The notes beneath the pieces are model-generated. The model was not told the origin of the DNA. It did not search any database and saw only the letters and a program-made list of their open reading frames with translations. From positions 295,697 through 359,696 of the forward strand of contig CAVYBU010000002.1 of assembly GCA_963766735.1 (NCBI GenBank): DNA of 64,000 nt. Direction: 5' to 3'. Both the position numbers and the translations under genes were made by a program. Positions within the stretch are counted from its first letter, which is position 1, and every line of letters starts with the position of its first letter. Below are positions 59,676-64,000 of this stretch, in pieces. The stretch is from an uncultured Chloroflexia bacterium. Lineage in GTDB: Bacteria > Chloroflexota > Limnocylindria > Limnocylindrales > CSP1-4.

Positions 59676-60325
59676 TCAGTTCATGCGCTGCAGCGTGTCC
59701 GTGACGTGAAGGCACGCCGGCAGTCCACCATCGGGCACATTGCATTGCTCGGTGTAGTGGCCCTTGCTCGTGTATCGGTAGTCGACGCCACTGGCATCGG
59801 TCACCATGGACTTGGCTTGGAACGAGCTTTCCTTGCCTCGCGTGCCCGATCCCGGTGTGTACCAGTCCCCGTCGTTGCCAGCCAGGAAGAACTGTGAGAT
59901 CGTCCCCGTCGCCCAGGGGGCTTGCTGACCGTCCGTGTCGTGACAGAGGAGGCCGGTGGGCGGGCCTGGGTCCAGGTTCCACACCTCGGTGGTCAGGTCC
60001 GACGCGGTCGCGCGGGCGATGAGCGCGCCCTGGCCGGTCACGTCCGGCTGGATCGAGATCGGCTTCCGCCCAGGAAACGGCCGTCAGGAGGTCCACGTTC
60101 TCCCCGTGAGCAGCCACTGCTCAACTCGACGACGAGTGCCGTGCAGAACCCGGCACGTGTATGGTGCTGAATGACAGCAACCCGATGGTGACGTCGTGTG
60201 CGTCAGGATGCGGTTCGCCTGCAATCTCTCCGGGGTCCGGCGGCGGCCACGCCGGGCAGCATCGCCGCCACCAGCCCTCCGGCGAGCACCGCAAGCAGCG
60301 CACGCTTCTTCAGGGAACGTTTCAT
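59676..60325 (-). pseudogene. Secreted hypothetical protein broken by several frameshifts (decay or sequencing error)
   Basis: Signal peptide MKRSLKKRALLAVLAGGLVAAMLPGVAAA from ATG 60325; coherent C-terminal part in 59676..60041. Confidence 0.6.
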
Positions 60326-60429
60326 CAGGGACCCTCCTGAGACGCCGAGGACGGACGCCCGGCGGTCAGGGGACGGCCGGCGCGATGACGGGCACCTGGT
60401 TACCGCGTCGTCTACGGGGGTGACCAGTA

Positions 60430-60661
60430 CCATCGCACACGGCCGCGGATCAGCGGAGGCAGCGAGCCAGCACGCGGATGACCTCCAGCTCGTCGGCGCC
60501 GCGGTCCAGTCACGTGATCGGACACCGGTCTGAGCCCGTCGGCAGGGTCGAACGCGTACTCCTCCCACACCGTGCACCGCTCGTCATACGAGGGCTGGCC
60601 CACGAACCAGCCGGGGGGCGTCGTGCAGATCGCTCCAGGCGTCGTCGAGGTCGGTGGACAT
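60430..60661 (-). pseudogene. Small-protein gene MSTDLDDAWSDLHDA.., copy 1 (frameshifted)
   Basis: Reads MSTDLDDAWSDLHDA / PPGWFVGQPSYDERCTVWEEYAFDP / GVRSRDWTA / ELEVIRVLARCLR across frames; TACCAT 7 nt upstream; paralogous to 62584-62721. Confidence 0.65.
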
Positions 60662-60674
60662 GACCGCGATGGTA

Positions 60675-60714
60675 CGGCTCCGACCGGCCAGCTCGGCGAG
60701 CGGCGACCGGGGGC
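60675..60714 (+). repeat. Bulged-hairpin repeat, copy F
   Basis: CGGCTCCGACCGGCCAGCTCGGCGAGCGGCGACCGGGGGC, 38/39 identical to the inner part of copy C. Confidence 0.85.
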
Positions 60715-60857
60715 ACCAGCACGCATCGCGGGCCTAGCATGGGGCCGATGAATCACCGGAGGCCCGCCGGCCGACCCGCTCCTGCTTATGGCGGATTCAT
60801 CGCAAACGGGCGTGATCGTCATCCATCGCCTTCGGCGCCATGCTCGTCGGAGTTCAA

Positions 60858-60896
60858 CCCGGCTCGACGGCCAGCCTCCGACGGGGCGACCGGAGG
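60858..60896 (+). repeat. Bulged-hairpin repeat, copy G
   Basis: CCCGGCTCGACGGCCAGC...GGGGCGACCGGAGG, directly before the right arm-type sites. Confidence 0.6.
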
Positions 60897-60902
60897 TCGT
60901 CT

Positions 60903-60922
60903 GTACCCTAACCCCGTACCCC
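60903..60922 (+). repeat. Putative integrase arm-type sites, right end
   Basis: GTACCC at 60903 and 60916, the same 13-bp spacing as 54623/54636. Confidence 0.6.
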
Positions 60923-61007
60923 AACCAGCACGAACGGATGCGGACCCCAGCGGACCCCGTTGAACGTGAAATCAGTCCGCGGCGGCCGATTTCGTGCGTG
61001 GCCGCTA

Positions 61008-61056
61008 TGAATGGGGTTTAGGAGGTCGAGCGTTCGAATCGCTCCGCCCCGACCAC
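61008..61056 (+). repeat. attR-like duplicate of the tRNA-Pro 3' part
   Basis: TGAATGGGGTTTAGGAGGTCGAGCGTTCGAATCGCTCCGCCCCGACCAC; lacks the 5' acceptor strand and D arm. Confidence 0.92.
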
Positions 61057-61065
61057 TCTCTACGC

Positions 61066-61103
61066 ACGAAATAGCCCCTCGGATCGCTCCGAGGACCTTT
61101 CGT
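61066..61103. terminator. Hairpin after attR, homologous to the tRNA terminator
   Basis: ACGAAA..CCTCGGA-TCGC-TCCGAGG..TTTCGT. Confidence 0.6.
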
Positions 61104-61215
61104 CTCGCCGGCCCGCTAGGGTCTGCCGTCCGACGAGAGTCGGAGATTCCCGTGGCCTGCTCGTGACCAGACATGCTCACGAGCATCCCCTCTGGTCAGG
61201 TATGCGCGGAGTCTG

Positions 61216-62562
61216 TCACGCCACCGAGTACAGCCGCTGCTCGCCCTCGATGCCCTTGAGCTTGTGCAGGCCGCGGTCGTCGTAAGCGATGCCGCTACCC
61301 GCAGTCAGCTGCGGCACGATCGATGAGACCCAGACCTCGCCGGCTCGGGCCGTGGTCGCGACGCGAGCGCCGAGATGGACCGCGATGCCAGCCACGCCAT
61401 CGCCCATCCGTTCGACCTCCCCGGTGTGGACGCCGGCGCGGACCTCGACGCCCAGCGGCGCCGAGGCGTGCTGGATGGCGCGGGCACAACTGATGGCGCG
61501 GGCCGGCCCATCGAACGTGGCCAAGATGCCGTCGCCGGCCATGTCGATTTCGCGCCCGCAGTTGGCGGACACTGCGTCATGGATGATGCGATGGTGCTCC
61601 GCGAGCAATTCGCGCCAGCGGACGTCCCCGACCTCGGCCGCTCGCTCGGTTGAAGCGACGATGTCGGTGAACAGGAGCGTGGCCAGCACGCGATCGGGAT
61701 TCACCGGCTCCCGCTCGCCGGTGAGGAACTCACGCACCTCTCCGATGAAGCGGTCGGCATCCTCAGCCCAGGGCAGATGGTCGGCGCCGGCCGTCTCCAC
61801 GTAGCGCGCACCCTCGATGGTGCGGGCGAGGAAGCGGGCGTTCTCGACGTGACAGACCTCGTCTCCCTGGGAGTGGAAGATCAAGGTGGGGACCTTGATG
61901 GTGGGCGCAACGTGCCGAACATCGATGTCGAAGGCCATGCGCGCGAAGGCCTCCCATGCACCGGGCGTGGCGGCATTGCGCTGTCGGCGGGCCATGTACT
62001 CGCGGCCCCAGGGCACGTCGCCCAGGCTGGGCAGGATGAACTGGAAGTTGCCGCCCAGGCCCCAGCGCTCGGGGATGGCCGCCATCCGGGCCTCGTGCTC
62101 CTCGGGCGTGGCCTCGCCCCAGGGCCACTCCTCATCCCGGCGTTCGCGTACCTCGGCACCCTGGAGGATGAGGGCCCGGGCCCGCTCAGGATGGGCCGCC
62201 GCGAAGAGCATGGCCAGCGGGCCCCCTTCCGACTCGCCGATGACCGCGGCTCGCTCGCTGCCGGCGGCGTCCATCACCGCGCGGATATCGTCCATGCGCG
62301 TCTCGAGCGTCGTGGCCCCGGGCACGCGGTCGGACATGCCCATGCCGCGCTTGTCGAAGCGGATCACCCGCGCGAACTCACCCAGGCGTTCGCAGAACCG
62401 GCGATACAGGGGCACCTCCCACGAGACCTCGAGGTGAGTGAAGGCGCCCTCGACATAGACGATGTCGAGCGGGCCATCGCCGTTGACGGAGTAGGCAACG
62501 GAGACGTCGCCGCTATGGGCAAAGTGGACATCGGGCATGACGGCAAGCGTGGCCGTGCTCAT
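61216..62562 (-). CDS. Alpha/beta hydrolase fused to a class III adenylate/guanylate cyclase (LipJ/Rv1900c-like)
   Basis: FDKRGMGMSDR and GESEGG; then LFTDIVAST, AGDGILATFDGP, VRAGVHTGEVE, GIAVHLGARV, LKGI. Confidence 0.92.
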   Translation of the reverse strand: MSTATLAVMPDVHFAHSGDVSVAYSVNGDGPLDIVYVEGAFTHLEVSWEVPLYRRFCERLGEFARVIRFDKRGMGMSDRVPGATTLETRMDDIRAVMDAAGSERAAVIGESEGGPLAMLFAAAHPERARALILQGAEVRERRDEEWPWGEATPEEHEARMAAIPERWGLGGNFQFILPSLGDVPWGREYMARRQRNAATPGAWEAFARMAFDIDVRHVAPTIKVPTLIFHSQGDEVCHVENARFLARTIEGARYVETAGADHLPWAEDADRFIGEVREFLTGEREPVNPDRVLATLLFTDIVASTERAAEVGDVRWRELLAEHHRIIHDAVSANCGREIDMAGDGILATFDGPARAISCARAIQHASAPLGVEVRAGVHTGEVERMGDGVAGIAVHLGARVATTARAGEVWVSSIVPQLTAGSGIAYDDRGLHKLKGIEGEQRLYSVA

Positions 62563-62583
62563 GGCCCGCTGTCAAATGCACAC

Positions 62584-62721
62584 CTAGGCCCGCTCGACAG
62601 GGTCGAAGGCGTACTGCTCCCACGCCTTGCGCCCCTCGTCGTACGAGGGCTGGCCCACGAACCAGACGTCGGGCTCGGCATCGTGGAGGTCGCTCCAGGC
62701 GTCATCGAGATCGGTGGACGT
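62584..62721 (-). pseudogene. Small-protein gene STDLDDAWSDLHDA.., copy 2 (start codon ACG, premature TAG)
   Basis: In-frame TSTDLDDAWSDLHDAEPDVWFVGQPSYDEGRKAWEQYAFDPVERA*; clear DNA similarity to 60535-60661. Confidence 0.7.
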
Positions 62722-62735
62722 CGGCCGACATGGTA

Positions 62736-62791
62736 CGGCTCCGCGCCCGTCGATCCCGGCTCGCTGGCCAGCAGGGGGCCGGGTGACCTGG
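62736..62791 (+). repeat. Bulged-hairpin repeat, copy H
   Basis: CGGCTCCGCGCCCGTCGATCCCGGCTCGCTGGCCAGC...GGGTGACCTGG. Confidence 0.7.
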
Positions 62792-62826
62792 TCGTGACGC
62801 CCTGCATCCGGGACTAGACTGACCGC

Positions 62827-63270
62827 ATGGGCGTCACGCTGACTCGGGTAGGCGCGGGAAACTGGCGCGCCGTCGCGGATCTGGACGTCCGGGACGAACA
62901 GCGTGTGTTCGTTGCTCCGGTGACCCGGTATCTGGCCATGTGCGTGTATGACGGCGGCCCCTGGCAGCCGCTCGCTGTCGAATCGGGTGGTGCTGTCGTC
63001 GGGTTCGCCATGGAGGCCGTGGACCCGACTGACGATTCGTACTGGATCGGGGGGCTTGTCATCGACGCCGCGTCACAGGGGCGCGGGTTCGGGCGAGCAA
63101 CCGTGGAGGCCATGATTGCGCGGGCCAGGGCAGGGTTGCGACCGTCTGTGGCGCTGAGCTACCACCCCAGCAACAATGCAGCTCGGCGGCTCTATGCCAG
63201 CCTGGGCTTTGTCGAGACCGGCGAGGCTGAAGGTGACGAGGTGGTGGGCCGTCTCCTGCTTCGCGCATGA
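62827..63270 (+). CDS. GNAT N-acetyltransferase (spermidine acetyltransferase/BltD-like)
   Basis: NWRAV.DL.V..EQ..FVAP, VGFAM, LVID...QGRGFGR, SYHPSN.AARRLYASLGF.ETG; TAGACT 6 nt upstream. Confidence 0.9.
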   Translation: MGVTLTRVGAGNWRAVADLDVRDEQRVFVAPVTRYLAMCVYDGGPWQPLAVESGGAVVGFAMEAVDPTDDSYWIGGLVIDAASQGRGFGRATVEAMIARARAGLRPSVALSYHPSNNAARRLYASLGFVETGEAEGDEVVGRLLLRA

Positions 63271-63359
63271 CGCCGATGGACGTGCCGCGGCGGGCGCCGA
63301 GGAGCGGCCCCGAGCGGCAGCCGGCGGCGGGCTGAGCGAGGACGAGTTCATCGTCCCTT

Positions 63360-63415
63360 CCCCGGCTCCACGCGGAGCGCCCGACCAGCTGGCGGGACGC
63401 CCGGCGACCGGGGGC
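63360..63415 (+). repeat. Bulged-hairpin repeat, copy I
   Basis: CCCCGGCTCCACGCGGAGCGCCCG-ACCAGCTGG-CGGGACGCCCGGCGACCGGGGGC followed by TTCTT; differs from B mainly in the loop. Confidence 0.85.
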
Positions 63416-63546
63416 TTCTTCACGACGAACTGCTCTGGCCCAGCCGCGCCCGGGCCCGCGCATCGTTCCTGCCAGCGAAGACGCGTACAGCGCGGAACGG
63501 GGGCGTGGTCACGCGCCGCCGGGTCGCCGGACGAGGGGCGTCAGCA

Positions 63547-63945
63547 ATGTCTGGGCAGTCGAGCATCGGGAGCGCTCCTGTCACCCTGGCGGCAATCTTC
63601 GTTATCGCATTTGCCGCCATCCTGCTGCCGGCCCTGCTCATGGAGGCCATTGAGAACCCCTGGGACCAGCTCGTCGTGCTCCTGATTGTGGCTTTCGGTG
63701 GCATAGCCGTCGCTGGCGTGCTTGGCGGGCTGCTCGGTGGACGCGGTCGGGGCTATGCGGTCGGGCTCGCGGGCGCGGTCGCCGGGCTCGTGGGCATGAT
63801 TGCCGGGAACTGGGTTGCCTACGAGCGACCCATCGACAATGAGGGCCCGTACGCGCTGTACGGGATCGCGTACTGCGCCGCCTGGGGGGTTCGAGCGGCG
63901 GTGCGTTCCGAGCGGGGTCCAAGTCTCGGTCCGCCGACCGGCTAG
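63547..63945 (+). CDS. Hypothetical membrane protein with about 4 TM segments
   Basis: GAGGGG before ATG 63547; four hydrophobic segments. Confidence 0.7.
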   Translation: MSGQSSIGSAPVTLAAIFVIAFAAILLPALLMEAIENPWDQLVVLLIVAFGGIAVAGVLGGLLGGRGRGYAVGLAGAVAGLVGMIAGNWVAYERPIDNEGPYALYGIAYCAAWGVRAAVRSERGPSLGPPTG

Positions 63946-63968
63946 GTCGGCAGTCCGCCCCACCGGAA

Positions 63969-64000
63969 CCCGGCTCGATCGGCATGGCCAGCGGGTGACC
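63969..64000 (+). repeat. Probable further hairpin copy J, cut by the window edge
   Basis: CCCGGCTCGATCGGCATGGCCAGCGGGTGACC resembles the inner and right parts of copies G and H. Confidence 0.45.

Larger units (their letters stand above)
54518..61056. mobile_element. About 6.5-kb integrase island at tRNA-Pro, probably defective
   Basis: 49-bp direct repeat of the tRNA 3' part (54518-54566 versus 61008-61056, 1 mismatch), adjacent integrase, and GTACCC repeats inside both ends. Confidence 0.85.

Noticed and set aside
60739-60963. Intact CDS after the TAGCAT promoter
   Set aside because: No coherent protein in a single frame, and it runs through hairpin G and the arm sites; at most a decayed remnant.
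61008-61056. Second tRNA-Pro gene
   Set aside because: The 5' acceptor strand and D arm are missing and the anticodon stem is broken; it is an att duplicate.
61216-62562. Novel hydrolase-cyclase fusion
   Set aside because: This is the known LipJ/Rv1900c architecture.
57014-64000. CRISPR array or classical integron
   Set aside because: Repeats are too divergent and are separated by whole genes, and no cas genes are present. There is no IntI-type integrase. The single RYYYAAC I noticed (GTCTAAC, 57700-57706) has no matching GTTRRRY box.

Overview
Very GC-rich bacterial chromosome segment. The gene set and order (alaS, ftsA-like, baseplate-J-like, ruvX, mltG, efp with a KMGRG loop, FemABX plus murE, many leaderless genes) suggests a monoderm Chloroflexota lineage; this is inference, not a database result. 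Positions 1 to about 54.4 kb are core genome: xerC, murJ, two FemABX ligases, murE, relA, hisS, aspS, typA, iscS-mnmA, alaS, ruvX, mltG, efp, xseAB, dxs, tlyA, nadK, recN, xerD, scpAB, rluB, a cmk-plsC fusion, ispH, der and gpsA. Several core genes carry small frameshifts that look like assembly errors. At 54489 a tRNA-Pro(GGG) is followed by a 5'-truncated tyrosine integrase. The 3' part of the tRNA is repeated 6490 bp downstream, defining an integrated island. From about 55.9 kb to the window end, inside and beyond that island, lies an array of short unrelated genes. They are separated by about ten co-oriented copies of an imperfect hairpin (CCCCGG-C-TC-C-GC-R...GC-GA-CCGGGG) with conserved bulged bases. 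Some copies carry their own promoters and sit next to recurring small-gene remnants. This cassette-like array, with no IntI gene or canonical attC sites, is the best candidate for an undescribed system.
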